Positions 36,535 to 46,918 of a DNA stretch of 64,000 bases are shown in pieces. Positions within the stretch are counted from its first letter, which is position 1, and each line of letters opens with the position of its first letter. A program made the position numbers and the translations under genes. Source of the stretch: an uncultured Actinomycetes bacterium (GTDB lineage: Bacteria > Actinomycetota > UBA4738 > HRBIN12); NCBI GenBank assembly GCA_963835415.1, contig CAWIFZ010000007.1:5358-69357 (forward strand). The letters are read 5' to 3'. The notes beneath the pieces are model-generated. The model searched no databases, was not told where the DNA came from, and worked only from the letters and a program-made list of their open reading frames with translations.

Positions 36535-37729
36535 ACCTGGTACGCAGGCGAGGACGTCGCGGAGCGAACCGGGGTCGAGCCTTCCTACGTCATCCGATTG
36601 GTGGAACTCGGCATCCTGGTTCCCGAGCAACCCGACCGCTTCTCGGCGGGCGATGTGCGCCGTGTGCTGATGGCACGATCGCTCGAGGATGCCGGCATCC
36701 CGCTCGACGACGTGGCCGCCGCCGTCCGACACGGCGCCCTGTCGTTCTCGTTCTTCGACGCCGCCGGCTACGACCGGTTCGCCGGCCTCGCGACCGAGAC
36801 GTTCCAGCAGGTCAGCGATCGGACCGGGGTCCCCTTGGAGCTCCTGACGGTGGTCCGCGAGGCGATCGGGATGGCGGAGCCGTCACCGCACGACCGCCTG
36901 CGCGAGGACGAGATGGCGATCGTGCCCTTCCTCGAGTTGCAGGTCGCTGAGGGGTTCAACCCGTCGGTGATCGAGCGACTGCTCCGGGTGGCAGGCGACA
37001 GCACACGCCGGATCGCCGAGGAGGAGGCCGCCTGGTGGACCACGGAGGTGATCGAGCGAGGCATCGCCGCGGGCAAGGGCCCGGAGGAGATCGGGAGCGC
37101 CGACCTCACGGACCGGATCTCGCCGCTCGCGGAGCAGACGGTCCTCGCCTTGTACCACGCCCATCAGGCGCGGACCTGGACCGGCAACATCGTCGAGGGG
37201 TTCGAGGTACTTGATGTCGCAGGCGGGGATCCGCAGCCGCCTCGAGCGGCTGCCCGCGATGTGCTTCCTGGACATCACCGGCTACACGCGACTGACGCAG
37301 GAACACGGCGACGATGCGGCGGCCGAGCTCGCGTCGACGGTCGCGCGGTTGGTCCGGCGCAGCTCCATCCAGCACGGCGGCAAGCCCGTCAAGTGGCTCG
37401 GCGACGGCGTGATGTTCTTCTTCGCCGACCCCGGCCCGGGCGTCCGCGCGGCCCTCGAGATGGTGGATGGGATCGCGGCCGCCGGCCTGCCGCCGGCCCA
37501 CGTCGGCCTGCACGCGGGACCGGTGCTCTTCCAGGAGGGCGACTACTACGGCCAGACCGTGAACCTCAGCGCGCGGATCGCCGACTACGCGCGACCCGGC
37601 GAGGTGCTCGTCACGCAGGCGGTCGCCGACGCCTCGCACGAGGACGGGATCGCGTTCGCGGACATCGGACCGGTGGAGCTCAAAGGGGTATCCGGAGCGG
37701 CGCACCTGTTTCGAGCCCACCGCGCCTGA
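36532..37729 (+). pseudogene. MerR-like HTH fused to class III cyclase (paralog of 5019-6263); frameshifted near 37212
   Basis: The N-terminal domain aligns residue for residue with the 5019-6263 protein up to EGFEVL. The cyclase domain (QAGIRSRLERLPAMCFLDITGYT...VKWLGDGVMFFF...GQTVNLSARI) is in the +1 frame. Read-through to 37794 is spurious. Confidence 0.8.
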
Positions 37730-37790
37730 CGGCGAGGGTCCGCGGGCATGGCATATCCTTCGCGTCGGCACGCACAGCGAGGGGGAGCCC

Positions 37791-38061
37791 ATGATCGAGA
37801 ATGGCTCGGGCAAGACGTCGGACAAACGTGGGCTCGGCGGCGGGGCGATCGCGTCGCTCGTCGGCGTCGGGTGTTCTGGTCACCTTCATGCTCCAGAACA
37901 CCGAGGACGTGCGGCTCGACTTCCTCGTCTGGCACTTCACCTGGCCGCTCTGGCTCGTCACGATGGCGTCGGCGGTCCTCGGCGCGCTGGTGTGGTTCGG
38001 CGTCGGCGTGATGCGCCGTCACCGGCGCCGCAAGGAGCGCCGCGAAGACCGGCGGGACTGA
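37791..38061 (+). pseudogene. LapA/DUF1049-like small membrane protein; frameshifted near 37870
   Basis: ATG 37791 with SD GAGGGGGAG. GGGAIASLVGVG then VLVTFMLQNTEDVRLDFLVWHFTWPLWLVTMASAVLGALVWFGVGV. GGG where GG would restore the frame. Confidence 0.6.
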
Positions 38062-38077
38062 CCTTCGTCCGCAGCGC

Positions 38078-38092
38078 TAGCATCCGGGCATG
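38078..38092 (+). promoter_or_regulatory. TAGCAT -10 hexamer 6 nt upstream of ATG (putative leaderless start)
   Basis: TAGCAT-ccgggc-ATG at 38078-38092. No SD. Confidence 0.45.
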
Positions 38093-38776
38093 CCCGATAT
38101 CCGCGTCGTCCCGTTCCTGGTCTCCGAGCTTCGGTTGCCACTCGACGAGCAAGAGCTGCTGCAGCGCGAGTGGTGGCCGTCGTACGCGCACGCGGTGATC
38201 CATCGGGACGGTGTGTTCCTGTTCGACAACGGGGCCGGGTTCGGCAACGCCGAGGTCGAGTCGACGTTCACGCCGCGGGTGACGGCGATCGAAGACGCGC
38301 TCGCGCAGCACGGCATCGCGCTCGCCGACGTCACCGGCGCGGCGAACTGCCACCTGCACTTCGACCACAGCGGCCAGAACGTCCGGCTCACGGGTGTGCC
38401 GATCTTCGTCCAACGCGCCGAATGGGAGAAGGTGCACGAGCCCGACTACACGGTGCCGGAGTGGATCGACGTGCCCAGCCTGACGTACGAGCTGCTGGAC
38501 GGCGAGATCGAGGTTGCGCCCGGGTTGCGGTTGATCCCCACACCCGGGCACACGGCGGGCCATCAGTCGCTCGTGCTGGACGCCGAGGACGGGCCGGTCG
38601 TGCTCGCCGGGCAGGCGGTGCAGTCGCGTGCCGAGTGGGAGGGCGCGACGGAGCCGTCGGCATCCGGCGCGTCGGCAGCGAAGGATCCCGGCTATCCGAG
38701 CTCGGTCGAGCGTCTGCGCTCGTTCGACCCGGTTCGGGTGCACTTCGCGCACGATCCCGACGTCTGGGAGCGTTGA
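38090..38776 (+). CDS. MBL-fold metallo-hydrolase (N-acyl homoserine lactonase-like)
   Basis: 228 aa with HLHFDHSG (HxHxDH) and TPGHTAGHQSL motifs. Confidence 0.8.
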   Translation: MPDIRVVPFLVSELRLPLDEQELLQREWWPSYAHAVIHRDGVFLFDNGAGFGNAEVESTFTPRVTAIEDALAQHGIALADVTGAANCHLHFDHSGQNVRLTGVPIFVQRAEWEKVHEPDYTVPEWIDVPSLTYELLDGEIEVAPGLRLIPTPGHTAGHQSLVLDAEDGPVVLAGQAVQSRAEWEGATEPSASGASAAKDPGYPSSVERLRSFDPVRVHFAHDPDVWER

Positions 38777-38820
38777 CCGCCGGCTCTCCGCGTCACCCGG
38801 GTCGGCTATCCTCCGCAGCC

Positions 38821-39357
38821 ATGAGCGGTTCGCTGCTCGACGAGGCGTTCGCGCACCACGTCTGGGCGACGCTGCGGTTGATCGACACGTGCATGACGCT
38901 CACGCCGGAACAGCTGAACGCGCCGGTGCCCGGCACCTACGGCTCGATCCTGGAGACGATGCGGCACTCCGTCGGCGGCGACACCTACTACCTGTCTCAC
39001 CTGACGGCCGATCCGGCTCGGGAGATCGAGTCGAGTCAGATGGACCTGCGGGAACTGCGGGTCGCGATGGAAGCCGACGCACGGACGTGGAACGAACTGC
39101 TCGCTACACACCTCGACCCGGGCGCGATCGTGAAGGATGAAGACGGGGCCGGCTGGCAACGAGATGCCTCGACGGGTATCCGGCTCGCCCAGGCACTCCA
39201 CCACGGGACCGACCATCGGAGCCAGATCTGCACCGCCCTCACGATGCTCGGCATCGAACCGCCGCTCATCGATGTCTGGGCGTTCGGGGCGGCAGACGGG
39301 CGGCGTGGTCGAGACCGAGTCCCCACCCGCGTCCTGATCGGGGTCGCGCGCCGATAG
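38821..39357 (+). CDS. DinB family protein
   Basis: AFAHHVWATLRLIDTCMTLTPEQL...GSILETMRHSVGGDTYYL...ALHHGTDHRSQI. TATCCT lies 8 nt upstream of the ATG. The exact C-terminus is uncertain. Confidence 0.75.
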   Translation: MSGSLLDEAFAHHVWATLRLIDTCMTLTPEQLNAPVPGTYGSILETMRHSVGGDTYYLSHLTADPAREIESSQMDLRELRVAMEADARTWNELLATHLDPGAIVKDEDGAGWQRDASTGIRLAQALHHGTDHRSQICTALTMLGIEPPLIDVWAFGAADGRRGRDRVPTRVLIGVARR

Positions 39358-39434
39358 CGCCGCGGCCGAGAGACGTGTCAAGCTACGCGACTCGGTGCCC
39401 GAGATGCTCGGAACGGACGGAGGGGTGGTATCTC

Positions 39435-40303
39435 ATGCGGAAGCTCTCGACGGTGTTCGTGGCGGCGGCGCTGATGGTCTCGATGCTGCAGGGAGGCATC
39501 CCGGTCGCGCGAGCAGGCGGCGGCGAGACGTTCTACCTCGCGCTCGGCACGTCGCTCGCGGTCGGCTTCCAGCCCAACCGGGGCGAGACATCGAAGGGCT
39601 ACGTCGACGTCCTGTGGCGGCGCATGGCGCAGCAGATCCCGGGACTCAGCCTGAAGAACGTCGGCTGTCCCGGCGAGACGAGCAGCTCGATGATCACCGG
39701 GACGCATCCGCACTGCCGGTACCCGGAGGGGTCGCAGCTGGACGCGGCGGTCGCGTTCCTGCAAGCGCATCCGGCACAGGTCGCCTTCATCACGGTCGAG
39801 GTCGGCGCGAACGACTTCATCGGAGCATGCCTCAGGGACACCGGCAGGCTCGACCGGGCGTGCGCGGCCGACCTGCTCCCCCGGCTGCAGACCAGGCTGA
39901 CGCGCATCGTCGACGCCCTGGCTGCGGCGGCACCGGACGTACCGATCGTCGGCATGACGTACTACGACCCGCTGCTGGGGTTATGGGGCCTCGTCCCGGG
40001 CGGTCGCGCGCTGGCCCGTGCCGACGCGCGGATCTGGGCCGACCTGAACGCGACGTTCGCGACCGCGTACGGCGATGCCGGAGCCACGGTGGCGGATGTG
40101 GCGGCGACGTTCCAGGTCGACGACTTCAGCGGATACCGTCGTCGTACCCGGTCGTGGTGAAGCTCCCCGTGAACGTGGCGAACACCTGCCGTTGGACGTG
40201 GTTCTGCTCGCCGAGGTACGCGGGCGATCCGCACGCCAACGCCATCGGCTACCGCAAGATCGCGGACACGTTCGACCAGGCGATCCAGGCGGTGTTGCCG
40301 TAA
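39435..40303 (+). pseudogene. SGNH/GDSL hydrolase, secreted; frameshifted near 40137
   Basis: Signal peptide MRKLSTVFVAAALMVSMLQGGIPVARA. YLALGTSLAVG (block I), VEVGANDF (block III). The tail VVVKLPVNVANTCRWTWFCSPRYAGDPHANAIGYRKIA is in another frame. Confidence 0.75.
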
Positions 40304-40334
40304 GGCACTCCGGCCGAAGGGTTTGGTCGAACGC

Positions 40335-40836
40335 CTAGGAACGCATGGCGTCGGCGATCGCCGCGACCTGTTTCAGATGGGCCCGTTCGTGCACGGCGAT
40401 CCGCTGCGCCTGGGAGAGCACGGTGCGCTCCACCGGCTTGCCCGCTCCCGTGAACGTCGCATCTCGGGACCACCCTTCCGGAGGCAACGGCTCGAGGATC
40501 GCCAGGAGCTCTTCGCGCTGCCGCGTGTACGCGCGGAGCGACGGCCGGAACGCGCGGTCGGGGTAGTCCGTCTCGTGGATCCACGTCCTGGGGTTGATCG
40601 GCGCGGATCGTCGGGTGCTGCTCGCCGAGCATCGTCGAGATGCTGCCGCCCCACATGTCGTCGCAGGAGCGGAGATGGGCAAGCACATCGTTCGCGGACC
40701 ACGCATCGGGAGCGGGCCGGGTCGTCAGCTCAGCGGGCGTCAGTCCTGCCGTGACCTCGGCCAGCCGAGGAGGCGCCCCCGCGAGCATGGTGAGCACCTG
40801 TTCGATCGTGAGGTCGCGCTCCGCCACGTGCGTCAT
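40335..40836 (-). pseudogene. DinB_2-like family protein; frameshifted near 40600
   Basis: WSANDVLAHLRSCDDMWGGSISTMLGEQHPTIRA, then INPRTWIHETDYPDRAF...RIAVHERAHLKQV in another frame. Confidence 0.7.
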
Positions 40837-40861
40837 CGTCGCACGCGGCGACCTCGCGGCG

Positions 40862-41407
40862 TCAGGAACGGATCGAGATGGGATCCCCCACGCGGACGGT
40901 TCCGCTCTTCGTGATCCGGGCGTTCATGCCGCGCAGGCGAAGCGCACGGCCCTCGGGAGTGCTCACGAATCGCAGCGCGTCCTTGCCGAACCGGGCCGAG
41001 TACTTCGCGCATCCGGTGTGCGGCGTCTTCGAGACCTCGATCTCGGCATCCCCGATCGCGAGCCTGGTTCCGGCAGGCAGATGTTCGGTGCTGATATCGA
41101 AGTCCGCGTAGATCTGATCGCCGGCCAGCGGCCACTGCGAGACATCACCGGCGACCGCGGCGGCGGCGCGGGCGTTCATCACCGTGAGCTGCGCTGCCGG
41201 ATCCCCCGAGCCGTCAGGTGTGTGGCGGTTCCCCCGCACGCGCCAGGTGTCGCCGACCAACCCTTCGGCCACGTCCAGTCGGGCCTCGTCCACGACCTCC
41301 CGCTCGTCGACCGCGGGGCGCCGCACGATCAGCACGACGACACCGGCGTCGGTCGGTGCATCGCGGATGCCGTCGACCATCGCCTCGAGCTCTTCGAACG
41401 TGCGCAT
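40862..41407 (-). CDS. MOSC domain protein
   Basis: 181 aa. ...GDQIYADFDISTEHLPAGTRLAIGDAEIEVSKTPHTGCAKYSARFG... Confidence 0.85.
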   Translation of the reverse strand: MRTFEELEAMVDGIRDAPTDAGVVVLIVRRPAVDEREVVDEARLDVAEGLVGDTWRVRGNRHTPDGSGDPAAQLTVMNARAAAAVAGDVSQWPLAGDQIYADFDISTEHLPAGTRLAIGDAEIEVSKTPHTGCAKYSARFGKDALRFVSTPEGRALRLRGMNARITKSGTVRVGDPISIRS

Positions 41408-41530
41408 CGTCGGCCAAGGGTAGCGCGGAGCCCCGACGCGCTGTGGCTCGACCTACATGTGGGTTGTCATATGTACGGGTCGACATACGATTCTCAGGTC
41501 GACGCGATCCATAGGTGTGAAGGGGGCCGC

Positions 41531-41982
41531 ATGACTGGAGGAACGTTCACCACGACGATCCAGGCACCTCCGGAGAAGGTGTGGGCGGTGGTCGCCGATG
41601 TCGGCACCCACGCGTCGTGGTCACCGAAGACGTACACGATGGAGTGGACAGGAGGCGAGCCCAACCAGGTCGGCTCGACGTTCCATTCGAGCAGGGTGGA
41701 TCCCCGGCAACGAGCACAACGAGAACGACGTCGTGATCACCGAGCGCGTCGAACCGACGCGGTTCGCATTCAACGCGACGGATCCGCAGGGCGTGTTCGT
41801 CAACGTGTGGGATCTGCGGCCCGGGGCCAACGGTGGTACAGAGGTCGCGTTCACGCTCACGTTCCCGAAGATGCACGGCGTCGTCGCGGTGATGGCACCG
41901 ATCCTGTTTCGCATTCACCGGCAAGCGCGACATCCGGGCGCGGATGACGAAGCTCAAGCAGACGGTGGAGTCACAGACCTGA
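41531..41982 (+). pseudogene. SRPBCC family protein; two frameshifts (near 41695 and 41908)
   Basis: [32 protein letters not shown]... | [31 protein letters not shown]...MAPILF | [23 protein letters not shown]-stop. The second break is TTT where TT would restore the frame. Confidence 0.65.
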
Positions 41983-42026
41983 GCGCTCGAGGCCTGCCAT
42001 CGGCGGGATGGGGAGGAACCAGGGAC

Positions 42027-42464
42027 ATGCCGTTGACCGGAGAGTACGAACCGAGCACATCCGCGTGGTCGCGGAAGCAGACCGAGCTCTACGAGGCGAC
42101 GAACGGCGAGCAGGGTGGTGACCTCCGCGGCAGGCCGGTGATCGTGCTGACCTCGATCGGCGCGAAGACCGGCAAGATCCGCAAGACCGCCCTGATGCGC
42201 GTCGAACACGACGGCGTGTACGCGGTGGTCGCGTCGCTCGGCGGCGCCCCGCAACATCCCGTCTGGTACTACAACCTCAAGGAACACCCGCACGTCGAGT
42301 TGCAGGACGGCGCCACCAAACGCGACTACACGGCACGCGAGGTCACGGGCGACGAGAAAGCCGTCTGGTGGGAGCGGGCGGTCGACACCTGGCCCGATTA
42401 CGCCACGTACCAGACCAAGACGGACCGGCAGATCCCGGTGTTCGTGCTCGAACCGATGGCCTAG
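42027..42464 (+). CDS. Deazaflavin (F420)-dependent nitroreductase family oxidoreductase
   Basis: [53 protein letters not shown] is typical of the Ddn-like family. SD GGGGAGGAA. Confidence 0.85.
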   Translation: MPLTGEYEPSTSAWSRKQTELYEATNGEQGGDLRGRPVIVLTSIGAKTGKIRKTALMRVEHDGVYAVVASLGGAPQHPVWYYNLKEHPHVELQDGATKRDYTAREVTGDEKAVWWERAVDTWPDYATYQTKTDRQIPVFVLEPMA

Positions 42465-42536
42465 GTCGCGAACTCCGTTCACGACACCCTGACCTTCTGT
42501 GGCAGGATTCGGCACCACGCTCGAAGGGGAGGGCTC

Positions 42537-43895
42537 ATGAGGCGCTTGGCCATGGTGCTGGTCGCGGCGGTCGCGGCGACATCCGTGTGGGCGGGATCGG
42601 CAACCGCGAACCGGGGATCTCGCGGGGCCACGCCTGCGCGTCCGATGCTGGTGGCGCTGGAGCCCGGCGTCGAGATCACGCCCCTGATCAACTCCGGTGA
42701 CCACGTGGGCGACGCGTTCCAGTACACGGGTGTGCCCGACGGCATCGGCATCTACCAGAGCGCCCCCGGCCGACTCGAGGTGTTCACGAACCACGAACTC
42801 TCCTACCGGTACGGCGATCCTGCGTGGTCACGCGTCTCGCATCTGACGCTCGACGCGGACGGCGCCGTGGTGTCGGCGAGCTACGCGGTCGACGGGACCG
42901 AACGGTACGAATACTTCTGCTCGTCGACGCTGACGACCCTCGACGGCGTGCCCTGGTACTTCACGGGGGAGGAGTGGTTCGCGTCGCCGCGCGGGGGCAT
43001 GTCGATCGCCATCAACACGCTCACGGGCAAGGTCGTGAAGACCCCGCAGTTCGGGTCGCTGAACCACGAGAACGTCGTGCCGCTCCAGGGGATGGCGCGC
43101 GCGGCGATGTTCCTGTCCGAGGATTCGTTCCGCCTGCGCTCGCAGGCGTACGCGTACTTCGCGGACGACTTCGCGGGCGCGATCCACGGGGACGGCGCCT
43201 TCACGGTCTGGGTGCCCGACGATCAGGGGGACGGCGATCCATCGACGAACGACATCGCCAAGGGCGAGACGCTTTCCGGACGATTCGTGACGATCCCCCA
43301 CGCCGACACGTACACCGGTTTGCAGCTGAACGAGAAGGCGGAGGCGCTCGGCTCGTTCAACTTCATCCGTATCGAGGACGCCGCCACCGACCCGGGCAAC
43401 CCCGGCGTCGTGTACTTCGCGGACACCGGGGCGAACAAGGCGGAATCGAAGCTCGGACGCATCTACCGGATGACGTTCGATCCCGCGCATCCGCGTCAGG
43501 CGTCGCTCGAGGTCGTGCTGGACAGCGGCGCAGGTGACGACATCGTGAACCCGGACAACCTCGGCATCGACGCACACGTCCTGTTGATCCAGGAGGATCG
43601 CAACGACAAGGCATCGGGATACGCACGCGTCCTGATGTACGACCTGACCACCGGGGACCTCACTGCGGTGGCGCGGCTCGATCCGCCGGAGGCCGTGATG
43701 GAGCGCGGTGGCGGCCCCGGCGTGTGGGAATCGAGCGGCGTGGTCGACGCGAGCGCGTTCTTCGGACCGGGGTCGTGGCTCCTCAACGTCCAGGCGCACG
43801 ACACCAGGATCATGCAGCAGGGGATCGATCTGGAGATCGACTCGGCTCCGGGTCAACGCGGCCAACTGATCCTGCTGAGGATCCCGGGCAGCTGA
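42537..43895 (+). CDS. Secreted PhoX-like (DUF839) beta-propeller protein
   Basis: Signal peptide MRRLAMVLVAAVAATSVWAGSATA. FGSLNHENVVPL, FIRIEDAATDPGNPGVVYFADTG, IQEDRND. Family recalled from memory. Confidence 0.65.
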   Translation: MRRLAMVLVAAVAATSVWAGSATANRGSRGATPARPMLVALEPGVEITPLINSGDHVGDAFQYTGVPDGIGIYQSAPGRLEVFTNHELSYRYGDPAWSRVSHLTLDADGAVVSASYAVDGTERYEYFCSSTLTTLDGVPWYFTGEEWFASPRGGMSIAINTLTGKVVKTPQFGSLNHENVVPLQGMARAAMFLSEDSFRLRSQAYAYFADDFAGAIHGDGAFTVWVPDDQGDGDPSTNDIAKGETLSGRFVTIPHADTYTGLQLNEKAEALGSFNFIRIEDAATDPGNPGVVYFADTGANKAESKLGRIYRMTFDPAHPRQASLEVVLDSGAGDDIVNPDNLGIDAHVLLIQEDRNDKASGYARVLMYDLTTGDLTAVARLDPPEAVMERGGGPGVWESSGVVDASAFFGPGSWLLNVQAHDTRIMQQGIDLEIDSAPGQRGQLILLRIPGS

Positions 43896-43937
43896 GGTCA
43901 GCTCGCGACTCGGTAGGCTCATCTACTCGGCGATCCC

Positions 43938-44300
43938 ATGACGGACACACCCACGACGATCGACGACTACATCGGCGCGTTCCCGGCGCACGTGCAGACG
44001 ATCCTGCAGGAGGTGCGAGCCAGGCTCAGGAGCGCCGTGCCGACCGCGGACGAAGGCATCAGCTACGGGATCCCGGTGTTGACGCTCGACGGCCGGTACC
44101 TGGTGTACTTCGCGGGTTGGAAGCACCACATCTCCGTGTACCCGCTCCCCGAAGGTGACGCATCCCTCGACGAGGAGATGGCGCCGTACGTGGCGGGCAA
44201 GGGCACCCTGAAGTTCCCGCTGTCCGAGCCGATCCCGTACGAACTCGTCGAACGGGTGGCTGCGCGACTCCTCGAGGAACGGATCGCTAGCGGTCCTTGA
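43938..44300 (+). CDS. DUF1801 (YdhG-like) domain protein
   Basis: 120 aa: IDDYIGAFPAHVQTILQEVRARLRSAVP...ISYGIPVLTLDGRYLVYFAGWKHHISVYP. TAGGCT lies 18 nt upstream of the ATG. Confidence 0.8.
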   Translation: MTDTPTTIDDYIGAFPAHVQTILQEVRARLRSAVPTADEGISYGIPVLTLDGRYLVYFAGWKHHISVYPLPEGDASLDEEMAPYVAGKGTLKFPLSEPIPYELVERVAARLLEERIASGP

Positions 44301-45727
44301 GGAGTTGACGAAGCGCGTCCCGGCGAACCTTGCCTGCCGCGTTCCGCGGGATCTCGGTCACGCGGCGAACCTCGTGCGGGACGTCGTACGGAGCGATCGA
44401 GGCGCCGACGACGGGGAGCAGGGCGTCGGGGTCGACCTCGGGATCCGCGACGATCCCCACCACGATGCGTCCGTCCACGTCGACCGCCGCCACGTCGGAG
44501 AGCCCCGGCGAGCCGTAGAGCGCACGCTCGATCGTGGCCGGGTACACGGCGACGTCGCCGACGCGCATCACGGACGACGCTCGATCGATGAACGTGAGGT
44601 ATCCGTCCGCATCGATCACCCCGACGTCGCCGGTCGGGAACCAGCCGTCCGCATCACGGACAGGCGGGCGGCGCCAATAGCCGGCCGACACGTTGGGGCC
44701 GCGGATCCACCATTCCCCCACCTCGCCGGGTGCACAGATCGACCCGTCGGATCGCACCGAACGGACCTCGACGAACGGCACCGGCCGGCCCACCGATCCT
44801 GCGCGCGTCGCGTCATCCTGATCGAGGAGCGACACGATCGGAGCGGCCTCGGTCAGTCCGTACCCGTGGAGCAGCGGCACCCCTCTGTCGAGGTACGCGC
44901 GGATCAACGCCTCCGGCGCGAGACCGCCGCCCACCACGCCCGTCCTGACGCTCGAGAGATCGGCGCCCCGCCACCCAGGAGCATGCAGCATGGCCTGGAG
45001 CAGATCGGGATTGGCGAACAGCACCGTCACGTGGCTCCGCGCGATCGTGTCCAGCACGGCCTGACCGTCGGTGCTCGGCGGGACGACCACCGACCCGCCG
45101 GTGAACAAGGTGGGCAACACGGTCACCCCCAGACCACCCATGCGTGTGAACGGCGCGGCCGCGAGGGTGACGTCCGCCGGCCCGATGGCACACTCCGACA
45201 CCATCTGGATCACGTCCCACAGCACGTTCCCGTGCGAGAGGATCACGCCCTTCGGCGGGCCGGTCGTGCCGGACGTGTACGCGAGGATCGCGAGATCGTC
45301 GGACGCCGCCTCCCAGGTCGGGAACGCCGCGCTCGTCACGTCTGCGTCGAACGCTGCAGCCTCGTACCTCCGGGATGCCGGCGTCGGGATGCGTCGCCGG
45401 CGACGCGCGGATCAGCAGCCGCGCGCCGGAGTCCTCGAGCACTGACCTGACCTCATCCTCGGGTCGCGCGGGATGGATGGGCACCCAGACCGCTCCGATC
45501 GCCGTCGTCGCGAACAGCGAGACGAGCGCGAACGGGTGGTTCCCGCCGTGGAACGCGACCCGATCGCCGATGCCGATCCCGCGCTGACGGAGCATCGTGG
45601 CGGCCGCGCCGATCTCCCGCGCGAGGTCGGCGTACGAACGCGTGGCGTCCTCGGTCACGAGCGCGGCGCTCGCCGGGGAGCGCGCTGCACGGCGTTCGAT
45701 CCACGTCCCGAGGCCGGCGAATCCCAT
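44287..45727 (-). pseudogene. AMP-dependent acyl-CoA synthetase/ligase; frameshifted near 45365
   Basis: The N-terminal 120 aa are in one frame. Then YEAAAFDADV...LAILAYTSGTTGPPKGV (AMP-binding motif), YGLTEA, WFPTGDVG, IPRNAAGKVRR in the frame of ORF 44287-45339. Confidence 0.85.
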
Positions 45728-45736
45728 CGGAGGATG

Positions 45737-46918
45737 CTACGTCGGGTGAGCGTCGAGCTCCGCGAGCCGCCGCTCGAGCAGGCGGCGCTCAGCGCCGTCA
45801 TCGACCAGCGCCAGCGCCGCGCGATAGGCATCGCGCGCCTCGTCGGTTCGGCCGAGCCGGCGCAGGAGCTCGCCTCGGGTGGAGTGGAGGTAGCGGTAGT
45901 CGTCCAGGTCGAGGCGATCGATGATGTCGAGCCCGGCCTCGGGTCCATCGGCCTCCGCCACCGCGACGGCCCTGCTCAGCTCCACGACCGGAGAATCCGT
46001 CAGTCGGGAAAGCTCTCCGTAGAGCGCGGCGATCTGCGGCCAGTCGCAGGGAACGTCGGCGTGCAGGGATGCGATCGCCGCTTGCACGACGTACGGACCG
46101 CGGCCGTGCAGGACCAGCGCCCGGTCCAGCACCGCTCGCCCGTCCGCGATCTGCGCCGCGTCCCAGAGCCCGTGGTCCTGATCCGCGAGCAGGACCAACT
46201 CCTCGCCGTGGAAACGAGCTTCACGCCGCGCATCCAGCAGCAGCATCATCGCGAGCAGTCCGTGCACCTCCGGCTCGTCGGGCATCAGCTCGGCGAGCGC
46301 CCGACCGAGTTGCAGCGCCTCGGACGCCAGATCGTCCTGCCCGCCGTACCCCTCGTTGAAGATCAGGTAGACGACGGCCAGGACGGCGTCGAGGCGGTCG
46401 GCCAACAGGTGGTCGGGGGGCACGCGGAACGGGATCCCGGCCGCCTTGATCTTGCGCTTCGCACGCACCAGTCGTTGCGCCATCGTCGGCTCGGGGACCA
46501 GGAACGCTCCGGCGATCTGTGCGGTCGTGAGGCCGCCGAGCGTCCTGAGGGTGAGCGCGACTTGGGCGTCGAGCGCCAGCGCCGGGTGACAGCAGGTGAA
46601 GATGAGCTCGAGCCGCTCATCGGGGAACGTGGTCGCGTCCATCGTGTCCTCCATCGCCTCCGGCACTTGGAGCAGCCGCGTCTTGGCGATCAGCGTGCGA
46701 TCGCGGCGGATCCGATTGATGGCTCGGTTGCGCGCGGTCGTGATCAGCCACGCGCCGGGGTTGGTCGGCATCCCGTCTCGTGGCCAGCGCTCCGCGGCGA
46801 TCGCGAACGCCTCCTGCGCGGCTTCCTCGGCGAGGTCGAAGTCGCCGAGGAAGCCGATCAGGGAAGCGAGGACGCGTCCCCACTGATCGCGGAAGACCTG
46901 TTCGAGGATCGCTACCAC
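45737..46918 (-). CDS. ECF sigma factor with C-terminal TPR-like extension (ECF42-type), intact
   Basis: 393 aa. [23 protein letters not shown] (region 2), [10 protein letters not shown]...[28 protein letters not shown] (region 4), then about 200 aa of helical repeats. The GTG start overlaps the YciI stop (GTGGTAG). Confidence 0.85.
   Translation of the reverse strand: MVAILEQVFRDQWGRVLASLIGFLGDFDLAEEAAQEAFAIAAERWPRDGMPTNPGAWLITTARNRAINRIRRDRTLIAKTRLLQVPEAMEDTMDATTFPDERLELIFTCCHPALALDAQVALTLRTLGGLTTAQIAGAFLVPEPTMAQRLVRAKRKIKAAGIPFRVPPDHLLADRLDAVLAVVYLIFNEGYGGQDDLASEALQLGRALAELMPDEPEVHGLLAMMLLLDARREARFHGEELVLLADQDHGLWDAAQIADGRAVLDRALVLHGRGPYVVQAAIASLHADVPCDWPQIAALYGELSRLTDSPVVELSRAVAVAEADGPEAGLDIIDRLDLDDYRYLHSTRGELLRRLGRTDEARDAYRAALALVDDGAERRLLERRLAELDAHPT

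Noticed and set aside
37730-37794. Read-through of ORF 36532-37794 across the cyclase domain
   Set aside because: From about 37212 onward this frame is Arg/Gly/Pro junk, while the +1 frame carries all the cyclase motifs.
39280-39357. Possible frameshift at the C-terminus of the DinB gene (alternative tail GGVVETESPPAS)
   Set aside because: Both frames give short, unconserved tails after the last conserved motif, so there is no evidence favouring a shift. I kept the as-called end.
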